From Somniosus microcephalus (taxonomy: Eukaryota): a stretch of DNA of 63,697 nt. The DNA is taken from assembly GCA_052327205.1 (NCBI GenBank), contig CM126204.1, positions 78,678,304-78,742,000 of the forward strand, given 5' to 3'. The notes beneath the pieces are model-generated. The model was not told the DNA's origin. It did not search any database and worked only from the letters and a program-made list of their open reading frames with translations. Both the position numbers and the translations under genes were made by a program. This document shows, piece after piece, positions 62,937 to 63,697 of the stretch (the first letter of the stretch is position 1; each line of letters starts with the position of its first letter).

Positions 62937-63683
62937 CATAGATTTGACAGCTCTTCCTGTCAAATCTATAAATAGATTCCCTGCTACCATTGGCTCTCCA
63001 TGGCCCATGTGATCCATGGGGACATTTCGAACTAACTGTGCCCCTGGGATACGCAAGCACTGCTCGGAAATATGTCACACCATTTTAGAAACAAAGCACC
63101 ATGTAGTAATGCCCTGTTCTGCATTTCTGGCGCCACACCCGTGTCCTGAAAATCCACTGCAGAATTCGGCAGCAGTTTTGATACCTTACCAGTGCTGTCC
63201 AAATTGACTCTTGAATGTAGTTAGAACCTGGATAGTTGCCAAATCAAGCCGGCTGGACTACTGGGCACAAATTTAAACCAGTATGTTTGGCAAGAAATTG
63301 CATGGATTCAGAACGTTATTCCAAGTAAAGCCTGTTATCCCATGCATTCAGCTGTTGACTCCAATTCAGGAATGAATGTCATTTTCCAAATTAAAAGTGT
63401 CCTATGCCCTATTCTGTGACACATGGGCCCAGAAATTCGGGTCGGGGGCTTCCCACGGGTGCAAGCCTCCGACCTGCACTTACCTAGCGCGCCGGTCGTT
63501 GAGCTGTGGGCCCGCGTGGGATTCCGATCCTGGGCCTCCTCCAACTGCCAGCGCGCAGTGCTTGCGTATCCCAGGGGCGCAGTTAGTTCGAAGTGTCCCC
63601 ATGGATCACATGGGCCAGGGAGAGCCAATGGTAGCAGGGAATCTGTATTTATAGATTTGACAGTAAGAGCTGTCAAATCTATG
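62937..63683. mobile_element. Non-autonomous element with ~128-bp inverted termini, each capped by a 13-6-13 palindrome
   Basis: 62937-63063 is the reverse complement of 63555-63683 with few mismatches. Ends are CATAGA...TCTATG. Confidence 0.75.
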
Positions 63684-63697
63684 AACACAATTCAGCC

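Overview
This is AT-rich vertebrate genomic DNA. The repeat content (abundant CR1, L2, RTE and Penelope elements, Deu-domain and tRNA-derived SINEs, GG-terminated MITEs) suggests a cartilaginous fish; that assignment is inference. Two host genes lie in tandem on the minus strand, in the same order as at human 1q32.3. The first is FLVCR1 (MFS choline/ethanolamine transporter): exons 3-10 span 60662 to 34392, and exons 1-2 lie beyond the right edge. The second is VASH2 (tubulin carboxypeptidase vasohibin-2): its promoter and first coding exon are at about 7460 to 6832, and no later exons were found in the window. The rest is intron/intergenic DNA with heavily nested transposons. These include a young, internally deleted Gypsy LTR element in the VASH2 intron, a Penelope relic split by three insertions (one an ERV-like solo LTR that itself carries a young CR1), and a multi-copy MITE family. 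The most notable unexplained signals are a candidate 28/24-nt FLVCR1 microexon that would switch the C-terminal tail, a remodelled exon 9, an F348Y-equivalent change in the substrate pocket, and a 747-bp element bounded by inverted 13-6-13 palindromes resembling tyrosine-recombinase sites. I saw no prokaryote-type system such as CRISPR, and none of these candidates is established as a new system from sequence alone. Repeat boundaries are approximate unless a target-site duplication (TSD) is quoted.
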